NCBI RefSeq assembly: GCF_003918875.1
Contig: NW_025767587.1
Span: forward strand, 186,001 to 250,000
Reading direction: 5' to 3'
Origin: Haliotis rubra
Lineage: Eukaryota
DNA length: 64,000 nucleotides
Part shown: positions 12,337 to 26,223 of the stretch, one piece after another
Layout of the letters: each line of letters opens with the position of its first letter
Numbering within the stretch: position 1 is the first letter of the stretch
The notes under the pieces: generated by a model
Told to the model about the DNA's origin: nothing
What the model saw: only the letters and a program-made list of their open reading frames with translations
Database searches by the model: none
Made by a program: the position numbers and the translations under genes

Positions 12337-14007
12337 ACGACTCCAATAAAGTAAAATGCATGTGAAGAATCACCCTTTTCAAACATGAATACGGAATTTA
12401 AACACAGTTCTTAATATTATTAACAAAATAAAGTCTCGGTGGGGTACCCTAATGGTTAAATCGTTCGCTCGTCACGCTGAAGACCCAGGTTCGGTTCCCC
12501 ACATGGGTACAATATGTGAAGCCCATTTCTGGTGTCCCCCGCCGTGATATTGCTGGAATATTGCTAAAAGCGGAGTAAACCCATTCTCACTCACTCACTT
12601 TTGATAACAGCTGTGCACCATCACATGTTATGCTGATTGTCACATTTCACCAAGTCCTTTGGTTGTGTTAGGGCCTGTGGGGCTGTATAGTGGTGAGAGC
12701 GTTTGCTTGTCACGTCCCAAAATCGGGCTGGATTCCGCACGTGGATACAATATGTAAAGCCATACTCGATCACTCATTCATCTTGTTCATATCGGGGCGG
12801 TGGGGTAGCCTAGTGGTTAAAGCGTTCGCTCGTCACGCCGAAGACTCGGGTTCGAATCCCCACATGGGTACAATGTGTGAAGCTTATTTCTGGTGTCCCC
12901 CGCCGTGATGTTGCTTGAATATTGCTAAAAGCGGCGTAAAACCAAACTCAGTCAGTCAGTCAGTCTTGTTTAATATCATCCGTGACTACCATCATATCGA
13001 CATATCAGTAATCATCTGCTTTCAGAATGTTCCCGACATTTGTAAACAGTATACATTTTCAATTGAAATTTGCAAAAATCACGTACTGAGGGGCCATCCA
13101 AACTCCAAACATTTTTCTGTCAGCCTGTCGAAAACCAGCTGAGAGCAATATATGAATACATATATGTCGAACGTTTGCTTGACCCTGTATATTCCTGCTT
13201 AATTCATCGTTTTTCAGGGGGCGGTGTGGTAGCCTAGTGGCTAAAGCGTTCTTTCATCACGCCTGAAGACCCGGGTTCTATTCCTGACATGGGTGCAATA
13301 TCTGGTGCCTACTTCTGGTGTCCCCCGCCGTGATATTGCTGGAATATTTCTTAAAGCGGCATAAAACCCTCCTCACTCGAATCTCTGATAACTCGAATCA
13401 TCCCTTCAACTTCGAAAACCGGTTTTTGACTGTGTATTGTCTTGAACAATACAACGAAAAAACAAAAGTCCAAAGAATGATGAAAATACGTACCTGTGTG
13501 AGACCCGTATCACTGTGTGACTTTGTTGTACTGCAAGTAGTAAACCAGAGAAAGAGGGCAGGTCCTGAAGTCGTCTTAAATGAGGTCGCTCTCCATTTAG
13601 TTGCCATGGGAACCAAGGTAAACATTGATCTGCACTGAGTGCGCAGAAGTCAAAATCTTCAAGTTTCACATTCCTATCGTGTCAACTCCATTGACATTCA
13701 TTGTGCCCTTATTGTAGTCTTACATTAATCCAACCAAACCGCAAACAACACCGCTTATTACCGCGAAGTAGACTCCATCAGCACAGAAATAATTATAATA
13801 GTGTATTATGTACTATGAACAAAGAACCGTTTAACACCAATAAACAATATTTCTGTAATTGGTATGTGGAGAATGTGTCATAAAACCTGAAGGGAGACAA
13901 AAACAGAAAGAAAGAAAGGCACTTTTTATGGATAACAACTTCTTTTTTATTCTATGTACGACGTTTCAGAGGTAATGTTTGCTCCTTCATCAGGTGAATG
14001 CTCAACC

Positions 14008-14063
<56 letters not shown>

Positions 14064-14127
14064 GAAGTGAGGTGAGGTGAAATTGGGTTTAACGTCGTGC
14101 TTGAGAATATTTCGCTCATATGACGAC

Positions 14128-14171
<44 letters not shown>

Positions 14172-14245
14172 GAGGTGAGGTGAAATTTTGGTTTAACGTG
14201 TTGAGAATTTTTCGCTCATATGACGACGTAGAGAGAGAGAGGGTT

Positions 14246-14331
<86 letters not shown>
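14008..14331. repeat. (GA)n microsatellite with two embedded SINE3 tails
   Basis: Directly visible. Confidence 0.95.
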
Positions 14332-14335
<4 letters not shown>

Positions 14336-14650
14336 GGGGGTGCATGTTAACACAAAAGACAATGGTTGTAGATCTACGGATATGTGTAATTAAGCCTATC
14401 CATGCCTATGCGTCCTGGGTCATGTTGAAGTCGCCAAGATCATAGAAACTCTTTTGCGTGTGGCATTTGTCTTCAGCTGAAGTACTCAGTGATACGTATT
14501 TTTATTCGAGTGAGGAGAACTCTAGACCACACGAATGACATCTCACACGATGTCTATTTTGCGATTTCTAGTGTTTAACTGTGTTTACTTGAATGTTTAA
14601 ACTAATTGCTGATCAATATATCATGAAGAAGAATAGAGAGTTGTTTTTAT

Positions 14651-15060
14651 ATACTAACGGCCAAAAGAAACTTTACAAATATAAAAATGAGATAATTGGA
14701 ATGAAAAGTAGTTTGTAGGCCCGCAAGCGAATGAAAGCACTCATCGCTAGAATACAGCAACCCTTGATACAACACGTGAAGCGCATGTTTTGCATGTAAA
14801 CGTGTGAAAATGCGAAAAGATCAAAATCACGTGACTCGTTCCGTATGAAAACTGCACGTGCATGGTGGGTATAAAAAGGGGTTTGAATGCTTGCCTTTCA
14901 TTCACTGCAATGGAAAAACGCAAAGAAATGCCAAGCCTTACGGCTGCAGAGCGAGAACGAGCCATCGGAATGGTCCAGATCGGGGTCACCCACGCCCACA
15001 TTGCAAGAATCTTCGGTTGCTCACGCGTTGCTGTAACCAACTTACAGCAATGTTCCAACA
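14651..15060 (+). mobile_element. Tc1/mariner 5' fragment
   Basis: TIR-like TATACTAACGGCCAAAAGAAACTTT; MPSLTAAERERAIGMVQIG from 14928, then truncated. Confidence 0.7.
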
Positions 15061-15114
15061 CTATCACGGCGGTGGACACCCATCATCGGCGGAAAACATT
15101 ACTCACTGGTTGTA

Positions 15115-15695
15115 TTGTCGTTTTCCTCCGTTGCGATGATTCTCTCTAGAATGGACTACTGTAATAGCCTGCATGTTAATATTAACAAAGACCAGATAGA
15201 AAGACGTCAAGCCATTCAGAACTCTGCTGCAAGAATTATCTTCAGATCTTCAACGTTTGACCTTATAACACCATTACTGAAAGACCTCCATTGGCTCCCT
15301 GTTGCTCCTCGCATAGACTTTGAAATTTTTCTGACTTCTTACAAGTGCTACCATGATCTGGCTTCACCTTACCTGCAAGAACTGCTGCACAGATACTCGC
15401 CATCTAGATCTCTTCGACCTCAACACAAGCATCTGGTTACAGTTCCAAAGTTTAAGACAGTCACATTTGGTAAAAGAACCTTTGCCTTCGATGCCTCAAC
15501 ATTATGGAATGAGTTGCCTACATCCCTCAAAATAATTAAAACACTGTCTTCTATAAAAAATAATCTACAGACTTACGGGGTAACCTCTTTCAAAACACAT
15601 TTCTCTAACAATCACCTTGTCTGAGCAGCTCACAGAGCATACTACAATGTCAATAGATGCGGTATGAAAATGTACATATTAGTATTATAATTATA
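15115..15695 (+). mobile_element. L2/CR1-group LINE 3' fragment (ORF2 C-terminus)
   Basis: SRMDYCNSL, IQNSAARII, LKDLHWLPV and LWNELP motifs; TAT-rich tail. Confidence 0.85.
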
Positions 15696-15933
15696 CTTGA
15701 AAAAAAGGATAACGGTAAAATAAATGTTTTAATGTGTCCGGTTTGTGGGAAACACCACGAGACAATGACCTGCCTTACTTATAATAGATTGCATGACATT
15801 CTCATAATACGTGATTAACACTGACCTTGACATTTCGTAGCACGCACCCACCCGTTATCAGTCTGTGACTTGTTGCATCATCTTATCGTTGTTCGTATTA
15901 CCACCCAATAAAGTAGTCATGTACATAATATAC

Positions 15934-15965
<32 letters not shown>

Positions 15966-16125
15966 GGTCCTGCATCCATTCAGGCTTTCGTGCCACTTTG
16001 ATGCAACTGTACTCACTCACAGGCAGCCGGAAAATAGGTCAGAATTTCAGAATTTAAAGTGTTAACTCTTTTTATTTGTTGTTTCTTATCTCAGAGTACC
16101 GTTACTTGGCATATCCTTGCGCGTG

Positions 16126-16132
16126 TATATAA
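16126..16132 (+). promoter_or_regulatory. TATA box of BL1
   Basis: TATATAA ~50 bp upstream of the ATG at 16180. Confidence 0.6.
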
Positions 16133-16179
16133 GGAGGGGCGCACCTGAGCACACGTCACATCTATACCTCTCCAGCATC

Positions 16180-19100
16180 ATGAAGGTCCTCATAGCTCTT
16201 GGACTTGTCGCCTTTGTATATGTAAGTCCACTAGAAGGTATATCTAGTCACCTTTGCATGTGTAAGTCCATCAGAAAGTATATCTAGTCGACTTTGCTTA
16301 TATGAGTCCTTCAGAATGTAGTTCTAGTGAAGATGGCTTGTGTAAGTCCATCAGAAAGTATATATTGTCGACTTTGCTTATATGAGCCCATCAGGATTTA
16401 AGTCTAGTGGAGATGGCTTGTGTAAGTCCAACAGAATGTATATCTAGTTGACTTTGCTGGTGTGAATCCATCAGAATGTAATTCTTGAGGAAATGGCATG
16501 TGTAAGTCCATCGGGAAGAATATCTAGTCGAATTTTCTTATAAAAATCCATCAGAATGTAACTCTAGTGGAGATGGCTTGTGTAAGCCCATCAACCTGTA
16601 TATCTAGTCGACATGGCATATTTAAGTTCATGATATGATTGAAAGCACTTCTCAAAATTCTTTATATATGAATGAATAGTGCTTTTTAACGGTTTTGCGT
16701 CATCCTGTTAAACCACTGCGACGTTCATAATTAAGTAAAGTATACAATGAACCCAAGAAGCATGAAATATGCAAATATAGGTGAATCTTTGTGTTTGACA
16801 CACTTTCTGCTATAGATCAAGGGCCAGTGGCCATTAGCGTTGGGTTCTAATCCCCAATAATGTTAATTGGTTATTCAGTACTATATATACTCTTTAAAAA
16901 AGTAGGAAAAATTCTTTTTTTAATTTACAATTGAAAATATTGAGAGATATATCGGAGTAAATCAATGTTGATATGATAATAATGAATGTTGCGAGAGTGC
17001 ATCACCACTTGCACTTCCTTATGACCATAGTTGTTTGTACAGTAATCGCTCTTAAAAGATGATTGGTGTATGACGTGAAATTTGCATGTGTACGAGTTTC
17101 ATTCTCAAACCAAAAACCGGGCTAGAAACAAACACAAACAACTGTGTGATGCAAGAGGATTGTCAAAATTAATGGTCTACAGTGATTTTTCGATTTTCTT
17201 GAAAACCGTCAAAATCAAGATGACCCCCAACCCCCACCCTTTCCAAGCACGTGTGTGTGTCTACTGCGTTGTGCTCGTGCATCCAATGCATTGTGTTAGG
17301 GAAGGTGATACAGAGAAATGGTGGTGCGTTCATAAGATGTCTGTCCTTTACATTTTTGTTAACGCTTATACTTCCTATCCAAATTGAAAGTTCAGGTTCA
17401 CTTAGTTTTTTTGAAGAGTATACTAGTGGGTCTTGCATTACCCCCTGCTATCTTGCCATCTTCATTTTCCTGTGATGTTGCTAACTGCAGCGTTGACATA
17501 TCCCATAAACGTCAAAGACCTTTATTACTTCGTACGTTCACATGAAACCGGCACCAGGAGATGTAAATGAACTGTCATCCACCGATTGATGTATGAAACT
17601 ACTGACTGTTTCTGTTGAAATAATCTGGTTATATGCATGTACCCTCGATATATACGACTAACGGATAGGGTGGTCAGGCTCGCTCACTTAGCCAACGCAT
17701 GTCATCGTGTCCCAACTGTCGATGCTCATGATGTCGATCCCTGGGTGTCAACAAACGAGCGTCATATAGCGGCAATACATTCGTGACCCACTCGTGTTAT
17801 TCCGGGACAAGCCGAATAGAGGTTACGAAAGGGGCGAGTGGTGACGAATGAGCTGCAATATTGCTGAGTGCGGCGTTAGACAAACAAATTATTTAATCCA
17901 ATATGTTTAGGACATGTAGTGGACTGAATATTGAACGAGTGGCCTAGGGGTGTGGCATGTTAGTCTTGCAAGGATACTCGCTTTATGGTTCGACTCCCGG
18001 GTTGGTAGATTCAGACTGCCGCAGTTGTGAGGGTATCGGTATCCCAGTACCTCAGGTACTCAGTATCCGGTATCTCTGGTACATAATTACAAGCGCCGAA
18101 TGTACACACTTTCCGACTTGGCTGATATCCCAATAAATCGTTTTGCGGAGCTGCGTCTCTTTGTAGGTAAGAAACCTCTGATACTGGGTTAACAACCCTG
18201 ATTTCATGGATTATACTTCTGGGATTGTCAGCATCATACCCGTGACCACTTTCTGCATCACTTCCGTCTTTCATCCTTCATTAAACGGACACGCCGTTGC
18301 GGCGTAAAACACAACACACTCACTTCATTTTGCGCCAGGATCCGCGGATAGATTGTAGCATCATACCCCTGATGGTGGAATTTACCTGAGTCTATACACT
18401 GCATGTCATCTGCTGTGTATGTTTCAGGGTCAGTTCCCCAATTTTGGAGACATCTTTAACTTTGGAACCCGAGATAGCATCCACGGGTATTCCTTCGAAT
18501 ACCACCGGAATGACGTAAGTATGATCTGGCAATTAGATTATGGAAGTGTTACTGAGGTTCCTTAATTATTCGTTCCACTTTCGCTTTAACTCTGCTATAT
18601 ATTTTTTAATATTGAAAGATACGAATCTAAATACTAAGAAGGTTTTTGACTTGTATAAATACTCAAACCCCTTCCATATTCATAACAAACGGTCGAAAGA
18701 AGAGTCTTTGAACGATTCCTATTATGTAATGAACATGTTTTTAGGAATCAGTATCAAATGGTTATTACAGCTTGTGTTCGCGAAACGATTGTGTATCACC
18801 TGCCATACATGTAAGAAAACTTAAAAAAAGCATGTGAATATAATGTTAAAAGTAAAAAAGCATTTTCATGAAATCGAATCAAAAATATGTTTCCAAATTC
18901 TCTGAATTATGCATATATTTGAATGGAAATTATGTGCCTTACAAACACTGTGTCACTGATTCGGCCAGTGGAACAGCTCAAGCTCTGATATCATTCAAAT
19001 GAGACGAGCAATGGAGATGGACAATTATTAGTCATTTTCAAAGCTGTAGGTTCCCCTGATTTCCATTGGCCCACGTTTCTCATCTCGCGTGAATTTACGT

Positions 19101-19960
19101 GAAAGAGCGAGACCTTGGGAAGGCGACCGCACGCATGACAATGGTATTTTATGTGTCAGGAACTGATTCTTGTACGAAACGTCTCTGCCTGCTTCGTCGT
19201 GAACGCTACAAAGGAGATCGAAAGCAAGATGCAACACAGAGACACTAGGGAACAGCTAGAGGTTCGTCAAAACGTTTTCTTTTTATTTCAAATCTTGGCC
19301 TTATTTTATAGGACATTGTACAAATGCGGGTTAGAATTGGTCTTCAGCCAACCATGCTTGTCGTAAGAGGCGACTAACGGAAACGGGTGGTCAGGCTCGC
19401 TGACTTGGTTGACGCATGTCACCATATCCCAGTTGCGTAGATCGATGCTTATGATGCCGATCACTGGATTGTCTGGTCCAGACTCGATATGGCAGAGATC
19501 GCTGTCCTAAAGCTGTAATATTGCTGATTGCGGCGTTGAACATCAAACAAACATAGTCAATGAACGTTAAAGCGTTTGCTCGTCACGCCGAAGACCCGGG
19601 TTCGATTCCCTACATAGGTACAATGTGTGAAGCCCATTTCTGGGGTCCCCCGCCGTAATATTGCTGGAATATTGCTAAAGCGGCTTAAACTCCTGGAATA
19701 TTGCTAAAGCGGCTTAAAACCATCTCACTCACTCACTCTTCTCACCTACCTCACTGAATTTCATATTCAACTTTCATGTGAACATTTGTTTTTGGTTTTT
19801 TTTGTCACACCAGGATGAGTTGTACGCCCAAATAAAAGCACACACCGGTGAGACCGTCAGCAGCATCAGCGACCTCCGCACTAACTACCACGACAACTAC
19901 GCCGTGATTGAGTGCTTCAGACACAGCGTGTACGAACTCCAGTATATTCCCAGCTCTTAG
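16180..19960 (+). CDS. BL1: secreted BRICHOS-like small protein, 125 aa
   Basis: Exons: 16180-16221 MKVLIALGLVAFVY; 18428-18514 GQFPNFGDIFNFGTRDSIHGYSFEYHRND; 19160-19261 ELILVRNVSACFVVNATKEIESKMQHRDTREQLE; 19814-19960 DELYAQIKAHTGETVSSISDLRTNYHDNYAVIECFRHSVYELQYIPSS*. All GT-AG, phase 0. AATAAA at ~19977. Confidence 0.88.
16207..16630. repeat. 40-bp minisatellite starting at the BL1 exon 1 donor
   Basis: Units like TGTAAGTCCATCAGAAAGTATATCTAGTCGACTTTGCTTA, ~10 copies. Confidence 0.9.
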
Positions 19961-21357
19961 ATATATATAAACTGAAAATAAATTAATGTTCCCCATCAAG
20001 TTATTTTCGTTGATTTCATGTTTGTTTGTTTGTTAAACGCTGCACTCCCACGTATGCTGTAAATAATCGAGTCTGGACCAGACAATCAAGTGACTGATAT
20101 CATGAGCATCGGTCAACGATGACATCATCCGGGTCAGCAAACCTGACGACCCGATCCGTCAGTATCCTTTCACGACACTAGGCCGCTGAAGAAATCCAAC
20201 CCGGACTTTCCGGTTTGTTGATTTCATGAGTTAGTTTCATGCTAGTTTCATGGGTCTTCAGCGACCAAGAGCAAATTACGGGATCGTGAAAAAAAGACTT
20301 GGAGCTCAATTGTAGCATATGATTTTAACCGAAATGCAAAGATGCTCATGATGTCAATCACTTGATTGTCTAGTCGAGATCTAGCAATTGTAACTGGAGT
20401 ATGAAGATTTGTTAAACAACAAAACAAAAACAAGGCTGAAGTGAAGTTTACATACCTAGACACAGCGCGTTAAACGAACATTGGGAGAGAATCGAAATAG
20501 GACCATAACAGAAAGTATTTTAAAAGTAAACGTACACATGTAACCATCAATCTCTCTTGTCAGGGAGGCACTGGTTGTCCGTGGCGAGAATTTGATGTGC
20601 AGAGTTACCTCCCTTGGCATGCGCAAGACCAATGAATCCCGGTTTGCCCTTATTATGTTTGTACTGACTGACTGAGTTTGGTTTTACGCCGCTTTTAGCA
20701 ATATTCCAGCAACATCACGGCGGGGGACACCAGAAATGGGCTTCACACAATGTACCCATGTTGGGATTCGAACCCTGGTCTTCGGCGTGACGAGCCAACG
20801 CTTTAACCACTAGGCTACCCCACCGCCCCTTTTATGTTTGTAACTTTTGGCACCTACCTGTACTCGTGTGTCCCACAAAAGTGGGAGAAGGCCCAGACTA
20901 GCATCACGTTGGTGTTTCCTCTCACAATAAACAGGCACGGCATTATGTAACCGATACTGTTCAAACTCACTCACGCACGCACTCTCACTCTCACTCACTC
21001 ACTCACCACTGCCTGGGAGTTTCCGTCGTGAATATCCCCATCTTGTAAAGTATTTTACTGTCAGCTCCTGATGGTGAAGTCAATCATTTTCAGTTGCTAA
21101 GGCACATATTTCATCTAAGTTGAAACGTCCCGCTTACTTGCTTACAACCAAACTAATCAATCAATATGTCCCATAAAAAAATTCAAAATACCAGAAATGG
21201 ATGACATTTATTCGCCCTAATTTATTATCAATGAGCTTTGTTCCTGGTGCATCTCACAGCAGGCTCTGACTTTGATGCAGATGCAGTTTGATAAATTGTT
21301 TGGATGCAGAGTGAATCCTGTTTCCTGCCGCAGTCAGTGTCTCAATTGTTCCATCTA

Positions 21358-21560
21358 CAGTGAAACCTGACTAAACCGGATCTCTGTCAATACCCGACCG
21401 CATTTAATATATACTAATAAGACGTTATTGTACACATGCTTTCAGTCTCGTCTGTCCATTTCAATACCAAAGGATGTAGTTTTGTATCTATTCCGAACTG
21501 CTCTTCAAAACGGACTTATGTTGCGGTCCCATGAATGTCCGGTTTAAACAGATTCTGCTG
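21358..21560. mobile_element. pogo/Tigger-like MITE
   Basis: TA-CAGTGAAACCTG..TAAACCGGA / TCCGGTTTAAACAGATTCTGCTG-TA imperfect TIRs. Confidence 0.6.
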
Positions 21561-21689
21561 TACATGTCCCCGGGATACAATGACACGTTATTGGTCAAGA
21601 CGATGATACGTATCGTAAAGGGCAATACAGCTGTGACCATTATAAGAATTGACTACTGAAAATCAGTAAGACAACGAAAAAGGAAAGTT

Positions 21690-21928
21690 CAGGGGTGGAA
21701 ATAACTATAAAATTGATAGTGTACTCCGGTACAGTGGCAAATGTAAAGTCACTTGCCCTGATAATTTTTCCACTATACCGACCGTTTTCTTCTTGATTTT
21801 TTAAATAAACAACATAATTAACATTGGAGAGTCAACTGGACACCGGTACAGTGTGATATTCAAATTTGCTTGCCCGACAGAAAAAACACTGGACTCGGAC
21901 ATCGGGCAATGGGTTATTTCCACCCCTG
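21690..21928. mobile_element. MITE with CAGGGGTGGAAATAAC TIRs (hAT-like ends)
   Basis: 16-bp perfect inverted termini; AAGTT on both flanks. Confidence 0.7.
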
Positions 21929-22108
21929 AAGTTGTGCCCTGCCTTTAGCACCCGCCAGTGTTCATACAAGTTGCATGATAAAGTAATTTTCGACTGACAC
22001 CCTTTAAATGCAATGCCCACGTCGAGTCGCACAGTTAAAAGACACCAAAGACTATTAATTTTGTACTGAAAAGCCATTGTTTAATTATTAATGCACTAAG
22101 GTAAAGAT

Positions 22109-25100
22109 TCACGATGAACTGTACTGTATCTTGAAAACATCATGGTTAAAACATTCAGCTACCGCTCTGATGTCGTGGTAGTCACTGCGGAGGTCGGTTA
22201 AACTCGCCACAGTCTCGCCCAGCTCAGCCTGTATCTGACCATACAGAACGTTCTGAAAGAAGGAGTGAGTGAGTTTAGTTTTACGCCGTTTTTAGCAATA
22301 TTCCAGCAATATCACGGCGGGGCTTCACGCATTGTACCCATGTGGGGAATCGAACCCTGGTCTTCGCCGTAAAGAGCGAACGCTTTAACCACTAGACTAC
22401 CCCTCGTTCTGAGAGAACAACGCAGAACGTTAGCAGAGAAATTGTACCAAGTAATAACCAAGAGGATATTCGGTTAGCTTCACAGTGTTTGAATTGTAAA
22501 CTACCGCTAAAAACACAGAACGCTTTTGTTTGATGTTGGTTGAATGTCGAAAAGAAGACATTTTAGTCAGGTTTGGTGTAGTTAAGAATAGTGTCATGGG
22601 CAATATGACAATGACAACCCGACTGGCGTGCACGTGACGTCTCAAGGAACACGGGGATAACGGTTTCACAGTGCATTATGAGAGAGTGACTGTGGTCCTC
22701 TGCCGCTTTCAGCAACAGCAGCAATACCACAGCTGGGGGCACAGACAAGGGATTCCAACATTGTACCCCTGTGGGGAACCGAACCCGGGGCTTCGGCGTG
22801 ACGAGCGAACGCTTTTACCACCGCCCCACATTGCACTGTAATAAGGTGGGTTGAGGCGATATGGTCAGCTGAGTTGACCATTACGAGCCACCTTGGGCTC
22901 CAATATTTGTTTGATGAAAACGGACAATTGCGTCAAATGACACGACTTCCCATCCGCAAATCCACTAATGCAACCAAAACCTCACTCAATCGTTCCCCAA
23001 CTCACTCACTCAACCACCCAACCAATCATCAGCTCACTCACTCAGCCGCTCGTTCATCGGTCACTCACTCACTCACTTACTCACTCAAAGACAGTTTACC
23101 TCCAATCCCTCCCTACTTCCTCTGTTCTTCATCTTCTCCGTCAGGTCTTCATCAGTTTCAACGATGAAACAGGCTGTGGCGTTCCTCACCAGTACGAGGT
23201 CCTAGGTCAAATTCAGAATATCTCATAATATCTCGCATTATATCTCACAATATCTCAATACTGTGTCTTATACATACATGCACCTCTGGCGCTTAATTAA
23301 ACATTTGAAGCCAAGGGTACACTCAAGCAACGTAGCATTATATTTTAAAAACCGATACTGCAAAGTGCTCTTTATCTTTTGTTGTTGTAAGGAAATTCCT
23401 CTTAGAATCAATATGGAATCAAATCTATTCGGTAGTTACATCTACAGTAATAACTAAGGGATTTGTTGCCATTTTAATTTTGGAATCAAATTCTACCAAA
23501 TCGGTTGATTAACGACCTGACCAATCTATATGAAACAACAACGTCATAATTACTGATAATCATGCTACACCTCAGATCATTCTAGACAAATTGTGAAATT
23601 CGTTATCATATTGACACAAATATTATACGGATTGAACATTCGAGACACAATACACAAAATAAAATAGATAACATTCATTTCATCCGATCCAGTTCCTGCA
23701 AAATTGGGTTCCTGTTTTACATTCACCCCTGCCAGCTTTAAAGAGAACCACCGATAGGGCGGTAGCATTCGTAATACCATGAAAGTATGACGTATGTCAA
23801 AATTATGTCTGTGGGGAACGAGTTTCTTTACAGTATTTATGGAAATGTTCACTGATACTCACCGCTGAACGATGATATTCGAAAGTGTACCCGCTGATTT
23901 TACCGGTTCCAAAGTCGAAGACTCCTAACCCAAACTGGGCCTGAAATACACATAGAAAACAGACTGAGTGAGTTAAACGCTTTTGTACCTATATTTCAGT
24001 TGTATTCGCACTTAAAATGTGTATGAATGCAGACTTGATCTCGTCACGATATGGCTGGAATGATACCGATGTGACGTAAAACCCAACTCAACTCAACTGT
24101 ATCGACACAGGCTAGGTTAATAATGAAAGTTATACCACTAGGGTATGTTATGTCCATTGTTCCGGCAGGTTGATTTTCTGTGTATCAACCTTCTATCTAC
24201 ACGTGCAGAGGTTGATATGTGGATAACAACCTTGGCGGTGCAGGAAACACACGTGCAACAAGCAATGTACGAGTCCATTCGGCGCCCTCGTGGTATAAGT
24301 AGGTTAGCACCCCCCCTCTGCTGGTGATATGGATTCAACGCTCTCGCCTGACGGCTCGAGCGTTGAAATCCATATCACCCTTGAGGAGGGTGCTAACGTA
24401 TACGCAAACCAGAGTGATCTCCGATCGCGACAAGCGAGCGAGTGAGGATTACGCCGCCTTTTCAGCACTGTTCCAGAACATCACGGCGGGGGATACCAGA
24501 AATAGGATTTACATATTCTACCCAAGTGGGGAATCGAACCCGGAAGACGGTTGATCGATTACCCACTACCGCTAGGCTACCTGACCGCCCGGGATTGGTG
24601 CGACCTACCAAGGATATAGTAAAACAAGAGTGAGTGAGTGAGTTTAGTTTTACACCGCACTCAGCAATATCCCAGCTATGTGGCGGCGGTCTGTAAATAA
24701 TCGAGTCTGGACAAGACAATCCAGTGATCAACAGCATGAGCATCGATCTGCGCAATTGGGAACCGATGGCATGTGTCAATCAAGTCAGCGAAACTGACCA
24801 CCCGATCCCGTTAGTCGCTTCTTACGACAAGCATAGTCGCCTTTTATGGCAAGCACATGGGTTGCTGAAGACCTATTCTACCCCGGATCTTCACGGGTCC
24901 GGTATCTCATCTTGGTCTAGACGCTGTATATTTGTGATCTTTTTGCACGGAAACCTGCGTCTCCTTAGGGACCAGTTCAAAGGTTCAAAATTGGACAAAA
25001 GAGAGACAAGGAGTGAGTCAATATGGTTTTACGCCGCTTTTAGCAATATTCCAGCAATATCACGGCGGGGGCAGAAATGGGCTTCACACATTGTGTTCAT

Positions 25101-26223
25101 GTGGTGAATCAAACCCGGGTCTTTGGAGTAACGAACAAACGCTTTAAACACCTGGCAATCTCACTGCCCCGAAGGCTAAAGGAAACACAAAACAAAAGCT
25201 AAAGAAAACCTCTGAAAATGCTTAATTCTTTGGAATGCTAAACACATGAAAAATGACAGACATGTTTTAGTACCGTGCCATATGTTTAAATTTAACAGAA
25301 ACATTATTCTGGAATGTTCAGATAAGACGCGACAAATGAGTGTTGAAAAGTTCAGGGTTTTGGATGTTAACATTTCATGAGTGTTTCAACGGCTGAGAGA
25401 AATCTAATTTCAACTCGCCTTCATAGCGATAGGATTAGTGACATAGGTGGGCGTTTTTCGTATTACAGATACATTACAAAACACTGAAAAATAAGTTTAG
25501 TTGACTTTGTCAGATGGAAACCTTGCAGGGTCATTAATCCCTCTCCCTCCCCTTATCATACCCCGCCCCTATCGCCTCCCCCACCCCTTTTCTCAATTGA
25601 CATTTGTGGATAAGTATAGTCTCCGACAGGAGCATCGTAATAAATACAACCGATAATGAAACAATATAATAAATTGAACATTTATAAAGTGCCTGTATGC
25701 ATGCTCGAATAGCTAAGACATTATTACCCCGGTTAACCCAAGCAGCCTGTGCGATGCTAGAAGGTTAACAGTCACATGACTTATCCCACCGGGTACCCAT
25801 TCACTGCAGGGACAATAGAGGCAATTTTGAACTTGCCTACCGCATATGTTAATTGCGCTTCGTTGTGGAGCAGGACAGAAGTCCTAGAAACTCTCAGGAG
25901 TCAAGCTGCAAAACGCGGTCAGCCATTCAAGAACTCCCCCGTGACCAGCGTTAACTTCAACTGATTTGTGGCATGGGTTCTATGAAGAAGCCCACACACC
26001 ACCACAAACCTCCACAACCACCGGTTTGTATATTACGTTCATATTCATCAAATAATATGGTACCTATGATTTATGAAAATCAGATAAAGTGTTTCATTAA
26101 CTCAAAGAACGCCGGTAGATTTCAAGACATATGTAAAAAATGTAACATTTTTATGACTATAATGAGAAATAATTAACTCACATATGCCACAATGGACAGG
26201 GTGAATAATATCAACAGCCACAT
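22109..26223 (-). CDS. BL2: secreted BRICHOS-like small protein, 121 aa
   Basis: Exons: 26223-26182 MWLLILFTLSIVAY; 23940-23863 AQFGLGVFDFGTGKISGYTFEYHRSA; 23201-23100 DLVLVRNATACFIVETDEDLTEKMKNRGSREGLE; 22252-22109 NVLYGQIQAELGETVASLTDLRSDYHDIRAVAECFNHDVFKIQYSSS*. All GT-AG, phase 0. Absent from the ORF track. Confidence 0.85.
22262..22404 (-). mobile_element. SINE family 1 copy at the BL2 exon 4 acceptor
   Basis: TSD CGTTCTGA[A/G]AGAA at 22249-22261 and 22405-22417. Confidence 0.85.
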
